Shown: positions 50,574-60,846, numbered from the stretch's first letter. The stretch is 64,000 bases of DNA from an uncultured Treponema sp. (GCA_905372025.1 CAJPNP010000012.1:946-64945), one strand, 5' to 3'. Program-made: numbers and translations. Notes: a model not told the origin generated them from the sequence alone.

Positions 50574-51425
50574 TTACCGTGAAAACTCAACCGTCCAATC
50601 GGGGCCGAAGCCGAGGGTGTACCGTTTTTCAAAGCTGCCGCGGCTTACGGCAAGAGCGATACGGCGCAATTCGTTGTTGTAAATAATCGGCTCGTTTTCT
50701 TTTGCAAAGCCGAAACTTTGATGGAACAGCACCGCTTCGTCGAAAACCTTATTGCCCGTATGGAATATCCGCACGCGTACTTTTTCGCCGTAAGAAAATC
50801 CGTGCGAGTTGAAAAAGTCGAGCGGAATATTCGTCCACAGGTTACCGAAATTCGGATCGTCGATTTCGAAAATTCCTTTAACGACGCCGTTTTCCGCGGA
50901 CGGTTCGTAGATTTTGTGTTCTTTTATTTCTTCAACCGGATAGGCGGGACCGACGTGTTCAAAATCGATGATACCCGAAGCCAAGCGCGCCGCGCAGTAG
51001 CCGAACAAATCTCTGCCGTGAAAAATTGCAACGCCTTCGATTTCTTTATTGTGCAAACGGTTGACTTTTTCGTCTATTTCGCGCACCTCGGTTATGCCCA
51101 TAAAGCGCTTAACGTGGGTAAGGCTGCCGTTGTCCGGGGATACTACATAGTAGCCGTTTGCCGTTTTGGCAACGCAGGCGCGGCGCGCGGTTCCCACGCC
51201 GGGGTCTACGACCGACACGTATATTGTTCCCTTCGGCCAAAAGGCAAGGCTTTGGAACAAGCGGTAGCTTGCGCTCCACGTATCGAACTGCGGAAGCTCG
51301 TGAGTTCCGTCCATAATTTCAAGCGAAGAATCTACGGTTTTTACAACGCCGTACATAGACGATACGGCGCCTTCTTTATACGTAAAGTCGGTTTGAAACA
51401 CCAAAAGAGGTTTTTTATTTTGCAT
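50574..51425 (-). CDS. SAM hydroxide adenosyltransferase (DUF62; chlorinase/fluorinase-like), paralogue 2
   Basis: LVFQTDF...SVVDPGVGTARR...PDNGSL...FHGRDLF...FGNLWTNI. Confidence 0.9.
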   Translation of the reverse strand: MQNKKPLLVFQTDFTYKEGAVSSMYGVVKTVDSSLEIMDGTHELPQFDTWSASYRLFQSLAFWPKGTIYVSVVDPGVGTARRACVAKTANGYYVVSPDNGSLTHVKRFMGITEVREIDEKVNRLHNKEIEGVAIFHGRDLFGYCAARLASGIIDFEHVGPAYPVEEIKEHKIYEPSAENGVVKGIFEIDDPNFGNLWTNIPLDFFNSHGFSYGEKVRVRIFHTGNKVFDEAVLFHQSFGFAKENEPIIYNNELRRIALAVSRGSFEKRYTLGFGPDWTVEFSR

Positions 51426-51606
51426 ACACACTCCTATAAAAACTTTTGCAGGAAGCTTCAGCTTCCGAAAAAGTTTTTAGCAGCGCTTTCGCAAACCGCC
51501 GGTTGAGAAAGCGCAATAAATAAACGAGTTTGCAACGCAAACTCGGCATAAAAAGCGGCCGCGACATTTGAGGCGGCGCTTTTTATCGCTACTCCTATAA
51601 AATTTT

Positions 51607-52440
51607 TTACACAAACGGATTGAAAAAGCGCGAATGATTTATAAACACGCTTATGCACAGCGACAGAACAAAAACTCCGGCGCATAAAACGATCGAAACG
51701 ACGTCGCCTGTCTTTAAAGGGCGCGCCGCATACCAGCTGCGTTTTTTTTCTTTACCGAAGCCGCGTAAATCCATCGTATTGCTTATCGTATCGATTCTGT
51801 CCAGCGTCGAAAACACAAGCGGAATAAAAATATTCATAATATTTTTCATGCGCCGCGATACCTTTTCTTTTTTCGACAAATCGAGTCCGCGCGTTTGCTG
51901 AGCCGCGGCGATATTCTCATAGTCGCGGATGAGATCGGGAAAATAGCGCAAGGTCAGCGAAAACGCAAACGCCGCTTTATACGGCAATCCGATACGGTTT
52001 ACCGAAGCGGCAAATTCGCTCGGGTTCGTAGACAGAAAAAAAATAATTCCCAGCGGCACCACCGACGCGTACTTGAGCGTTTTTGTAATTTGATACAAAA
52101 GCTGTTCTTCGGTCAGTACATAGCGGCCGCCGAACGAAAAAAGATCGTGGCGCGTGCCGTAAATTTCGGTACCGTAAAGCGGGCTGAACAAAAAAGTCAA
52201 AATGAAATTGATTGCCAAAAAAATAATCACATAGATAAGCATAATGCGTATTTGTGAAAACGTAATGTCTGCCATGCGGATTAAAACAAGAGAAAACACG
52301 AACACGCAGCTTATAAAGCGAATATCGTACGAAAACATAACGGCAAAGGTCATGAAAAAAAAGCCGACCAGCTTCGTAAGCCCCGAAAGCCGATATATAA
52401 AATTGTCGCGTTCAATATAATCAAACAGTTTTGCCTTCAC
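51607..52440 (-). CDS. ECF transporter transmembrane component T
   Basis: TNPSEFA...LTLRYFP...QQTRG...MDLRGFG. Confidence 0.9.
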   Translation of the reverse strand: MKAKLFDYIERDNFIYRLSGLTKLVGFFFMTFAVMFSYDIRFISCVFVFSLVLIRMADITFSQIRIMLIYVIIFLAINFILTFLFSPLYGTEIYGTRHDLFSFGGRYVLTEEQLLYQITKTLKYASVVPLGIIFFLSTNPSEFAASVNRIGLPYKAAFAFSLTLRYFPDLIRDYENIAAAQQTRGLDLSKKEKVSRRMKNIMNIFIPLVFSTLDRIDTISNTMDLRGFGKEKKRSWYAARPLKTGDVVSIVLCAGVFVLSLCISVFINHSRFFNPFV

Positions 52441-54178
52441 GCAAAACCTCCCGCTCGTAATCTATAAAATTCTGTACGAATCGATGACTGTCGTCCGACC
52501 CGGCTTTTTCGGCAAGCGTATATAATGAAGTAACCTTCAAACTCGCCTTTTCCGCAATAGCCGTGTCGGTCAGCGCATGCACCGAATCCGAATCCGAAAG
52601 AAGATTTCCCGCATGAAGTACAAGCGAACGCGCCGTATATTCGAGCATAAGGTGCATATCGTGCGTAATAAGAATAATCGTAACGCCGCTTTTATTGAGC
52701 GACACGAGGAATTCCATAATTTCGCAATAATGGCGGTAATCCTGCCCGGCCGTCGGCTCGTCAAGGATGATGATACGAGGCTGCATAGCCAAAACCGACG
52801 CAATGGTTACGCGCTTTTTTTGCCCGAAACTGAGCGCGGATACGGGCCAGCTTATAAAAGGCGCGATGCCGCAAATCGAACAGGCGTGATTGACCCGGTC
52901 TTTTATTTCGTTTTCGGGAACGCCGTTCAGGCGCAGTCCGAGCGCAACCTCATCGTAAATCATCGGCTTACACAGCATTTGGTTCGGGTTTTGCATAACA
53001 AAGCCGATGTGCCGGCTGCGCTCGCGGATGGTCATACCCGCCATATCCTGTCCGTTAAAAAGAAAACGCCCTTCGCTTTCACGCACGATGCCGGTAATCA
53101 GTTTGGCGAGCGTGCTTTTTCCCGCGCCGTTCGTGCCGACCAGACTGAGCATTTCGCCTTCGTAAACGCTGAAGTTTATATGTTCGAGTACCTTAGGGCT
53201 GCGCGGCGTATATGCAAAGCCGACGTCCTGCGCGGTTAAAACTTCTTTACCGCGCGCTTGGGGCTTTTTCTCGGGCAAACTTTTATCCCAATCGATAAGC
53301 GCTTTGCGGACGGCTTTAACGTCGAGCGTTTCGATTCTGCCGGCATGCAGCTTTTCCGTAACGGAAATGCCCGCGCAGCGCAAAGCCGTTACGTACAGCG
53401 GCTCGCGGATGCCGAACGTAGGCAAAACGCCCGAAGCCATAAGAGAATCGGCGCTCATATCGGCTGCGATTTTTCCGTCGTTGACGACGATAACGCGGTC
53501 TACCGGACGGTGCAGCACGTCTTCAATACGGTGTTCGATAATGATAACCGTTTTGCGGTATTTTTGATGAATGTCGTCGATCAATTCGATTGCCGTTTGA
53601 CCGGTTTTCGGATCAAGGTTTGCAAGCGGTTCGTCGAACAAAAGCACGCTCACGTCGTTCACCATAACGCCGGCAAAAGAAACACGCTGCTTTTGGCCGC
53701 CCGAAAGTTCGTACGGCGACGAAGTTAAAAAAGAATCCATGCCGACAAGGGCTGCGGTTTGCTTTACGAGCGGCCGCATTTTGTCCTGACCGACGCATTC
53801 GTTTTCGAGGGCAAAAGCTATATCTTCGCCCACGCTCAATCCGATAAACTGGCCGTCGGAATCCTGCAAAACGGTGCCGACTTTTTTGGACAGCTTGAAT
53901 ACGTCGAGCGAAGATGTTTCTTCACCGCACACTTTTAAACTTCCGTCGATTTTTCCTTTGTACGAAAACGGAATAAGGCCGTTGATACAGCTGCCCAAAG
54001 TGCTTTTGCCGCTGCCGCTTGCACCGACAATCAGCACTTTTTCGCCTTCATAAATCGTGAGATTTATATCGGTTAATGTAGGCTTTGCCTGCGCAAAATA
54101 CTGAAAAGAGAAATTGCGGAATTCGATAACGGGTTTCTTTTCCATCTTGTTTCCCGCCTGATATGACGACTTTGCCAT
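52421..54178 (-). CDS. ECF transporter duplicated ATPase (A-A' fusion)
   Basis: Two ABC domains: GASGSGKST/LSGGQKQR/DEPLANLD and GTNGAGKST/LSFGQKKR/DEPTAGQD. Start may be 54145. Confidence 0.92.
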   Translation of the reverse strand: MAKSSYQAGNKMEKKPVIEFRNFSFQYFAQAKPTLTDINLTIYEGEKVLIVGASGSGKSTLGSCINGLIPFSYKGKIDGSLKVCGEETSSLDVFKLSKKVGTVLQDSDGQFIGLSVGEDIAFALENECVGQDKMRPLVKQTAALVGMDSFLTSSPYELSGGQKQRVSFAGVMVNDVSVLLFDEPLANLDPKTGQTAIELIDDIHQKYRKTVIIIEHRIEDVLHRPVDRVIVVNDGKIAADMSADSLMASGVLPTFGIREPLYVTALRCAGISVTEKLHAGRIETLDVKAVRKALIDWDKSLPEKKPQARGKEVLTAQDVGFAYTPRSPKVLEHINFSVYEGEMLSLVGTNGAGKSTLAKLITGIVRESEGRFLFNGQDMAGMTIRERSRHIGFVMQNPNQMLCKPMIYDEVALGLRLNGVPENEIKDRVNHACSICGIAPFISWPVSALSFGQKKRVTIASVLAMQPRIIILDEPTAGQDYRHYCEIMEFLVSLNKSGVTIILITHDMHLMLEYTARSLVLHAGNLLSDSDSVHALTDTAIAEKASLKVTSLYTLAEKAGSDDSHRFVQNFIDYEREVLREGKTV

Positions 54179-54181
54179 ACG

Positions 54182-55027
54182 TCAATCGGCCGGTTTTTGC
54201 ACGGTGATAGTCCAGCCCGCACCCGTTCCGACCCCGTACGCTTTGGAGAAATTTCCCTGATTGATGGCGACCGCCAAATAATCGAGGCTGTTCACATAAA
54301 CAAGCGCTTCGCCGACATACACCGCATCGAAAGACTGTGCATAACGCAGCGTGTTGCGGTACAAAAGGCGTGTTGAATTTTCTATAATGACTTCGACCTT
54401 GCCGCCGTAGGCTATGCCGAGCGAATTGAACAGGCGGCGCGGAATATTCGTCCACAAACTGCCGAAACGCACGTCGAGCACGTCGATCGAGCCCTTTATG
54501 GAAGAATCGTGCACAAGCGGTTCGGACACCGGCAATTCGACAATGGAAGAAACCTCAACGGAAGGCCCCACCTGTTCGTAGCTTATTACTCCCGACGCAA
54601 GACGTGCGCCCGTATACGCGTAAATATCGCGGCCGTGGAACGTATAACTTTCACCCGAATTCGGCAGGCGGTTTACGCTTTCGTCTATGACGCGCGCTTC
54701 GCACACGGACGACAAACGCTTTATGTGCGTAAGCGTTCCGTTGTCCGGCGTAACGATGTATTGTCCGGCTTCGGTCAACGCGACAATGCTGCGCCTCGTA
54801 GAGCCCACTCCCGGATCGACGACCGATACGAACACCGTGCCTTTCGGCCAATAATTTACGGTCTGAATAAGCCGGTACGAAGCTTCCCAAATATTATACT
54901 GCGGAATGTTGTGCGTAACGTCAAAAACTTTTATATCCCCGGATACGCTGTAAGCGACTCCGTACATGGCGCTCACTGCGCCGTCGTCATAGCCGAAGTC
55001 CGATTGAAAAACCAAAGGTTTGCCCAT
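54182..55027 (-). CDS. SAM hydroxide adenosyltransferase (DUF62), paralogue 1
   Basis: LVFQSDFG...SVVDPGVGSTRR...TPDNGTL...TFHGRDIY...FGSLWTNI...YVNS. Confidence 0.92.
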   Translation of the reverse strand: MGKPLVFQSDFGYDDGAVSAMYGVAYSVSGDIKVFDVTHNIPQYNIWEASYRLIQTVNYWPKGTVFVSVVDPGVGSTRRSIVALTEAGQYIVTPDNGTLTHIKRLSSVCEARVIDESVNRLPNSGESYTFHGRDIYAYTGARLASGVISYEQVGPSVEVSSIVELPVSEPLVHDSSIKGSIDVLDVRFGSLWTNIPRRLFNSLGIAYGGKVEVIIENSTRLLYRNTLRYAQSFDAVYVGEALVYVNSLDYLAVAINQGNFSKAYGVGTGAGWTITVQKPAD

Positions 55028-55118
55028 CTTTTGTGTCCTGTTTACCCTATATTAAATAATTTTCCAAATATTACTATAGCCTGCAACGAGGGTCAAGAGA
55101 GGGGAATAAAATTCTTTC

Positions 55119-55147
55119 TTGACTGCGCTGCGCATTTTATCTACAAT
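55119..55147 (+). promoter_or_regulatory. sigma70 promoter of ybaK, probably leaderless
   Basis: TTGACT-17 nt-TACAAT-6 nt-ATG, no SD. Confidence 0.65.
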
Positions 55148-55153
55148 ACATTC

Positions 55154-55636
55154 ATGCCTAAAACAAACGCAATGCGTATTTTGGAAAAACTGAACATAAA
55201 CTACCGCACCTTCGAATACGAAGACAACGCCGATCACAAGCTTGAATTGGGGGCCGCCGAACGGATTGCTGAAAAGGCAGGAGCTGCGCCGGAAAGCGTT
55301 TTTAAAACAATCGTAATGCAAAGCGACACAAAGGAAATAGCCGTGTTTTGCGTACCGGCCGACAAAGAAGTAAACTTAAAAAAGGCGCGCGCCTTGTGCG
55401 GTGCAAAAACGATGGAAAGCGTCAAAAGCGAATCGCTTTTAAGCCTTACCGGCTATGTGCGCGGCGGCTGCTCGCCGATCGGCATGAAGCGCCGCTTTCC
55501 CGTGTTCATCGATTCGTCCGTTTTAAAACACGAAACCGTATACGTAAGCGCGGGCGTTCGCGGCACACAGCTTTTGCTTTCGCCTTCCGATCTTATACGC
55601 GCCGCGCAAGCGCAAACGGCCGACATCGCCGGTTAA
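55154..55636 (+). CDS. ybaK: Cys-tRNA(Pro) deacylase YbaK/EbsC
   Basis: MPKTNAMRIL...VFKTIV...TGYVRGGCSPIGMK...VSAGVRG. True start is the ATG at 55154 inside the 54509 ORF. Confidence 0.92.
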   Translation: MPKTNAMRILEKLNINYRTFEYEDNADHKLELGAAERIAEKAGAAPESVFKTIVMQSDTKEIAVFCVPADKEVNLKKARALCGAKTMESVKSESLLSLTGYVRGGCSPIGMKRRFPVFIDSSVLKHETVYVSAGVRGTQLLLSPSDLIRAAQAQTADIAG

Positions 55637-55826
55637 CGATTTTTGTTATACCCTTCCTTGACAGAATACTCTTCATTGTATATCATAATATATGGAAAAG
55701 TTATTCTTATACCCTCCCTTAAAAACATATCAAGCATATTGCACCTTTTTCACAATAACGTCAAAAGCAACCGTTTTTCGGATATAGCAGCAAACACTAT
55801 ATAAATTTTTATCGAAGGAGGAACGT

Positions 55827-57602
55827 ATGAAATTTTTTAAAATTACATGTGTTTCATTGTTGGTTTTTGCATTAAGTTTTACAACTTCATTTGCAAAAAG
55901 TCCCGAAAAAGCGCCTAAAACGATTACGGTAATCGGAACCACGGACATTCACGGCAATATCTGGGGTTACAGTTACGAAGACAACAAAGAGACAACGAAC
56001 AACGGTATTGCCCGCGTGTATTCGTACATTGAATCGGTGCGCAAAGAAAATCCCGGAAATGTGGTACTTATCGACGACGGCGACACATTCCAAGGAACAA
56101 TTCTTACCGACGACATCTACAACAAACAAGACGGCAAACATCCGATGGTAAGCGTATTGAATTTTATGAAATACGATGCTATGGCACTTGGTAATCATGA
56201 ATTCAATTTCGGCCTCGATTTAATAAAGCGAATTCAAAAGCAAGCAAAATTCCCGATACTCGGTGCAAATGTCCGCTATAAGGACGGCAAGGAATTTGCC
56301 AAAGCGTATACGATTATTAAGCGCGGCGGAGTAAAAATCGGCATTATCGGCTTAACGAACCCCGACGTTCCCCGCTGGGACGGCGAAAAAGTCAGCGCGC
56401 TCCAATTCGAAAGTGTTGCCGACGGTGCAAAAGCCGCATACGATAAAATCAAAAACAAATGCGATTTTGTCATAGGCGTTGCTCATGTCGGTTTTTTTCC
56501 GGAATACGACGAAGACCACGGAACCGACGCGGGCGAAACGATACTCAAAGCCTGCCCCGAAATTAAAGTGCTCATGCTCGGTCATGCGCACGTTACAATC
56601 AACGAAAGAGTCGGAGACGCGCAAGTGTTAGGCTGCAAAAACAGCGGCCGCGAAGTTGCCCGTTTTGACGTAACGCTGGACGAACATAAAAAAGTAAAAA
56701 ATGTCGTTGGTACTATCATCGATATGAAAGATTATGAACCGAGCCAAACAATCCGCAATTTGCCTGAAATAAAAGAAGCGCACGAAAAAACAATCGCCTT
56801 TGTTACCGGGGGCACCGTAAACAGCGACGGTACCGTTTCCGGCGGAGTGTTCGGAACGGCAGCGAGGGATTTTCAACCTCAAAACGAAATTAAAGGCATT
56901 CCGGAAGGAAAATTGCGCGACACTGCCATCCTCGATTTAATCAACAAAGTGCAGCTTTTAAACAGCGGCGCTGACGTTTCGGCTTCGGCACTGTTTAAAG
57001 ATACCAGCGACCTTAAAGCCGGTCCCATAAATTACGGCAACATCTTCGACATTTACAAATTCGACAACACGCTCTACCGGGTTGAAGTAACGGGAGCCGA
57101 ATTAAAGCGCTATATGGAATGGTCTGCAGCGTGCTACAATCAGTGGAAAAGCGGCGATATTTCGATTTCGTTTAATCCCGAAAAGCCGGGCTATTTGTAC
57201 GATATGTTTGCCGGACTTGATTATCAAATCGACCTTTCAAAACCGGCAGGACAGCGCATTGTAAACGTTGTTTTCAAAGGGAAACCGCTTGAAGACGATC
57301 AAAGATTACAGCTTGCCGTAAACAATTACCGCTACTCCTCCGCTTTAAGAACGCAAAAACTGGTGGAAGGTAAACGGAATTGGGAATCGCCCCTGTCTAT
57401 CCGCGACATGCTCGTAGCGTACATAAAAGAGCACGGCACCATAGAGCCTGAAGTCGACAACAACTGGTCGATAGTCGGCGTCGATCTAAACTCCCCGTAT
57501 CGTGACACAATCATTAAAATGGTAAACGACGGAGAACTTGAAGTACCCTATGCAAAAAGCTTAAACGTAAACGAACTGAAAGAACAGGGAATTATTAAAT
57601 AA
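55827..57602 (+). CDS. Exported bifunctional 2',3'-cyclic nucleotide phosphodiesterase / 5'-nucleotidase
   Basis: Signal peptide; TTDIHG, IDDGD, LGNHEFNFG, GHAH metallophosphatase motifs; C-terminal 5'-nucleotidase domain (NNYR). Confidence 0.9.
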   Translation: MKFFKITCVSLLVFALSFTTSFAKSPEKAPKTITVIGTTDIHGNIWGYSYEDNKETTNNGIARVYSYIESVRKENPGNVVLIDDGDTFQGTILTDDIYNKQDGKHPMVSVLNFMKYDAMALGNHEFNFGLDLIKRIQKQAKFPILGANVRYKDGKEFAKAYTIIKRGGVKIGIIGLTNPDVPRWDGEKVSALQFESVADGAKAAYDKIKNKCDFVIGVAHVGFFPEYDEDHGTDAGETILKACPEIKVLMLGHAHVTINERVGDAQVLGCKNSGREVARFDVTLDEHKKVKNVVGTIIDMKDYEPSQTIRNLPEIKEAHEKTIAFVTGGTVNSDGTVSGGVFGTAARDFQPQNEIKGIPEGKLRDTAILDLINKVQLLNSGADVSASALFKDTSDLKAGPINYGNIFDIYKFDNTLYRVEVTGAELKRYMEWSAACYNQWKSGDISISFNPEKPGYLYDMFAGLDYQIDLSKPAGQRIVNVVFKGKPLEDDQRLQLAVNNYRYSSALRTQKLVEGKRNWESPLSIRDMLVAYIKEHGTIEPEVDNNWSIVGVDLNSPYRDTIIKMVNDGELEVPYAKSLNVNELKEQGIIK

Positions 57603-57618
57603 AAGAGAATGCTGATAG

Positions 57619-57650
57619 GACTGTCCGAAAACCGAAGCTTTCGGACAGCT
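57619..57650. terminator. Hairpin between convergent genes
   Basis: CTGTCCGAAA-ACCGAAGC-TTTCGGACAG. Confidence 0.55.
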
Positions 57651-57652
57651 CC

Positions 57653-58276
57653 TCATTTTTTTAAGTCTTTGCGCGAAAATACTATTTTGCTGATCAGGCC
57701 GTAATCGAGCGCTTCGTTTGCGTTAAGCCAGCAATCGCGGTCGGTGTCTTTTGCAACCTGAGCGAGCGGCTTTCCCGTTTCTTCGGAAATCAGCTTATTG
57801 ATGCGCTCGCGCATTTTTTCAAGTTCTTTCGCGTGAATTTCGATTTCGGTCGCAACGCCTTTTATGCCGCTCAAAGGCTGGTGGATTAAAAAGTGGCTGT
57901 TCGGAAGCGCAATGCGCCGTTCTTTGGGAGCGGCTAAAAGCACAAGAGCCGCGGCCGACGCGACAAGTCCCATGCCGACCGTGTATACGGGCGTGTCGAT
58001 AAAACGGATCATATCGAAAATACCGTAACCGGCATCCGCATCCCCTCCGGGAGAATCGATAAACATATAAACGGGTTTATTCCCGGAAGCTTCCAAAATC
58101 AAAAGTTGGCGGATTATTTTTTCCGAAAGCGATTTATCTATTTCACCGGTCAACAGTATTTGACGGGTTTTTAAAAAGCGGGCTGCAAGCACATCCGCGC
58201 CTTCGCCGGCGTCTTTTTTTTCCGTTATGTCTTCGTTGTCGTCATCACTGTCGTTTTTTAAACGGCGTATATCCAT
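57653..58276 (-). CDS. clpP: ATP-dependent Clp protease proteolytic subunit
   Basis: IDSPGG, VASAAA (Ser), IHQPL (His), DTDRD (Asp). Confidence 0.94.
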   Translation of the reverse strand: MDIRRLKNDSDDDNEDITEKKDAGEGADVLAARFLKTRQILLTGEIDKSLSEKIIRQLLILEASGNKPVYMFIDSPGGDADAGYGIFDMIRFIDTPVYTVGMGLVASAAALVLLAAPKERRIALPNSHFLIHQPLSGIKGVATEIEIHAKELEKMRERINKLISEETGKPLAQVAKDTDRDCWLNANEALDYGLISKIVFSRKDLKK

Positions 58277-58489
58277 AAAAACCTCTTTATTCGTGTTTCA
58301 CAAGCGCCGACGCATTTCAAACAGCACCCGGCACTGTTTTATGTTTATAATATAACATATTTTAAAACATTTTCAAATAGTCGTTAAAACCAAGCTAAAA
58401 ACAAGTTTATATTTTACTTTAAGCACTTAAAGTAAAATATAAGATTTTATAATTTACTTTAGTGTGAATTGGGGGTGACTGCACTTCGG

Positions 58490-59455
58490 CTACAGCGTGT
58501 GCTTTGCTTCGTCCCACAATGCATCCATTGTCTGAAGATTTTCTTTTTTCATTTCGATGCCGCGATCACGGCACTCGTTTTCGACGTATGTAAAGCGTTT
58601 GCGGAATTTCGCGTTCGCCCTTTCAAGCGCAACGGCAGGGTCTATATGCAAGTGCCGAGCCCAATTTACCAAAGCGAATAAAATATCGCCGAATTCTTCT
58701 TCGCTGTGCCGCATGTCCGTCTCGGTACTGCTGCCGGCAGCAGGGGTGTCTCCATTCCCAACGGTATAGGATTTGTCACCGGCAAGCGCTTCTTCAAACT
58801 CGCCGATTTCTTCGAATACCTTGGCACGGACTCCGGAAATATCGTTCCAGTCGAAACCTCTTTTCGCCACTTTTTTTTGCATTTTATATGCGCGGGTTAA
58901 AGGTTCAAGTCCTTTAGAAACTTCATCAAGTATGCTTTTGCCCGCACGCCCTTCGACCTTTTGTTTGATGGCTTCCCACTGTGTCAGCACTTGCTCGGCG
59001 GTTTTCGTTTCCCCGAGCACGGCCGACTTGCCGGAGGATTCGGGAAACACGTGCGGGTGGCGCCGGATCAGCTTTTCACATACGCTGTCGAGCACGTCGG
59101 AAACGGTAAAGGCGCCTTCCTGTTCAAACATGTATGCAATCATAGAAACATTCAACATAACGTCGCCCAATTCCTCTTTTGCGTGAATGCACGCTTCGGC
59201 CGAGGGGACTGCAAGCGTCGGCACGGAAGCGACGGAAGGTACGTTTTCATAGGCTTCGTTTATCGCTTCCAGCGCTTCATAGGTTTCTTCCAAAAGAGTT
59301 GTCCGCAGAGTAAGCGGTGTTTGTTCCCTGTCCCACGGACAGCCGCCCGGAGCGCGCAGCGTTTTGATAATTTCATACAGGGCTTTAAATCCCGAAGCGG
59401 CTTTATCTGCCCCTTTTTGTTTTTCGATTTTTCGATTATCGTTTTCGTTATTCAT
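58490..59455 (-). CDS. mazG: Nucleoside triphosphate pyrophosphohydrolase MazG
   Basis: LRAPGGCPWDREQT...EETYE...EELGD...KLIRRHPHVF...EEFGDILF...KFRKRF. Confidence 0.95.
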   Translation of the reverse strand: MNNENDNRKIEKQKGADKAASGFKALYEIIKTLRAPGGCPWDREQTPLTLRTTLLEETYEALEAINEAYENVPSVASVPTLAVPSAEACIHAKEELGDVMLNVSMIAYMFEQEGAFTVSDVLDSVCEKLIRRHPHVFPESSGKSAVLGETKTAEQVLTQWEAIKQKVEGRAGKSILDEVSKGLEPLTRAYKMQKKVAKRGFDWNDISGVRAKVFEEIGEFEEALAGDKSYTVGNGDTPAAGSSTETDMRHSEEEFGDILFALVNWARHLHIDPAVALERANAKFRKRFTYVENECRDRGIEMKKENLQTMDALWDEAKHTL

Positions 59456-59466
59456 ACATATTCCTT

Positions 59467-60051
59467 TTATTCACCGAGGCCGGCTTTGATTTTTTTCCAC
59501 TTGTCGAGGAGGCTGTCCGGTTCCTGCGTTAAGAAGGCTTCAAACAAGGGGGCGGCCGCTTCAAAGGCCGCATTCATCGCCGGAAGTTCGTCTTTCGAAA
59601 AATCGCTCAGCACCCACAGCGCGACATCGTCATAAATCGGGCGCCCGATGCCGAAGCGCAAGCGCCAAAAATCGGCGGTACCCAAACAGGCTTTTGCCGA
59701 ACGCAGCCCGTTATGTCCGCCCAAACCGCCCGACCATTTGAGCCCGAATGTTCCCGCCGGAAGCTCCAGCTCGTCGTGGACAACCAAAATGCGCTCCGGT
59801 TTTATCTTGTAAAAAGAAGCGGCTTCGGCGATGCTTTCGCCGGAAAGATTCATAAACGTGTGCGGCTTCAGCAATTGGACTTTTCTGCCGCCCGCATTCA
59901 GCGTCGCGCTTTCTCCTTTGAATTTTCGGCTCCAGCTTAGGCTCGAAACCGAAGACAAAGAGTCTGCAAAAAGCCATGCGGCGTTGTGCCGGTTTCGCTC
60001 GTATTGTTTTCCCGTGTTGCCCAAAAAAGCGACCAATTCGATTAAATCCAT
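59467..60051 (-). CDS. pth: Peptidyl-tRNA hydrolase
   Basis: FLGNTG...RHNA...KPHTFMNLSG...VVHDEL...GGHNGLRS...RLRFGIGRP. Confidence 0.96.
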   Translation of the reverse strand: MDLIELVAFLGNTGKQYERNRHNAAWLFADSLSSVSSLSWSRKFKGESATLNAGGRKVQLLKPHTFMNLSGESIAEAASFYKIKPERILVVHDELELPAGTFGLKWSGGLGGHNGLRSAKACLGTADFWRLRFGIGRPIYDDVALWVLSDFSKDELPAMNAAFEAAAPLFEAFLTQEPDSLLDKWKKIKAGLGE

Positions 60052-60069
60052 GGCAAAATACTATCGAGA

Positions 60070-60113
60070 TGTAAAGCCTCTGTCAACGGAATACCAAAAA
60101 GGCAGCGCACAAG
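60070..60113. repeat. Imperfect direct repeat (promoter region), copy 1
   Basis: TGTAAAG.CT.TGTCAACGGAA...CAAAAAGGCAGCGCACAAG recurs at 60847..60905. Confidence 0.8.
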
Positions 60114-60147
60114 TATGCTGTTTTGGGCCGCACTGCACTGTGTTGTT

Positions 60148-60570
60148 TTATATTTTGTCATAACTTTTTACAAAATGCTCCGGCGTTTGTACGATTATAT
60201 CTTTTTCTTTATAATCCTTTATATTTCTGGTTAAAATAATTTCCATCTTATGATTCAGCGCAGTATAATACTGCAATGCATCTTCAAAATCAATAAATTT
60301 TGAATTTAATGCCAAATCTGTTTCTTTTTCTTCCGCCGCTAAAACTTTGATAAGCAATCGTAATTTTCTTAAAAAACATTTCGCTTTTTCTCCTCCCACC
60401 GCTTTTCGTAGTATGTAATATACATTCGCAAAAGAAAGAGATGTTGTATACAGGTTTATTTTCTTTAAATCACTCAAGGTAAAAATACGTGCGGAATATT
60501 GATAATGCGGTTTTCTTTCACAAAGCACATCCAGTATTACATCCGAATCGACAAATACTTTTTTATTCAT
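60148..60570 (-). CDS. PIN domain toxin (VapC-like)
   Basis: VFVDSDVILD...DFEDALQY...ILTRNIKDY; AT-rich; overlaps the antitoxin stop. Confidence 0.9.
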   Translation of the reverse strand: MNKKVFVDSDVILDVLCERKPHYQYSARIFTLSDLKKINLYTTSLSFANVYYILRKAVGGEKAKCFLRKLRLLIKVLAAEEKETDLALNSKFIDFEDALQYYTALNHKMEIILTRNIKDYKEKDIIVQTPEHFVKSYDKI

Positions 60571-60802
60571 ATTTTTTTTCCAAATAATCAGTATAGCTTA
60601 TATTTTCCAAATCTTTTTCGCTTATAATTCCGCTTAATTCTTTTACCAGAGGAGAGATATTTTCGTTTTTGTTACCTACAGCCGTCATACTCTTAAAAAA
60701 TTCTTCAACTAAGTTTGAAAGGCTTTTATCGTTTTGCGCCGCATATTGTTTCATAGCATTGATAACGTTTTGATCCATTTTGAGTGTTAGCTTTACATCC
60801 AT
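60563..60802 (-). CDS. Ribbon-helix-helix-type antitoxin (DUF6364-like)
   Basis: MDVKLTLKMDQNVINAMKQYA...SLSNLVEEFF...ISPLVKELSGII...DYLEKKYE. Confidence 0.85.
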   Translation of the reverse strand: MDVKLTLKMDQNVINAMKQYAAQNDKSLSNLVEEFFKSMTAVGNKNENISPLVKELSGIISEKDLENISYTDYLEKKYE

Positions 60803-60846
60803 AAGGAACCTCTTATACGTATGAGTATAAACATATTTATACGTAC

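Noticed and set aside
54509..55153. Apparent long N-terminal extension of YbaK
   Set aside because: Overlaps the DUF62 gene antisense; the real start is the ATG at 55154 directly after a promoter.
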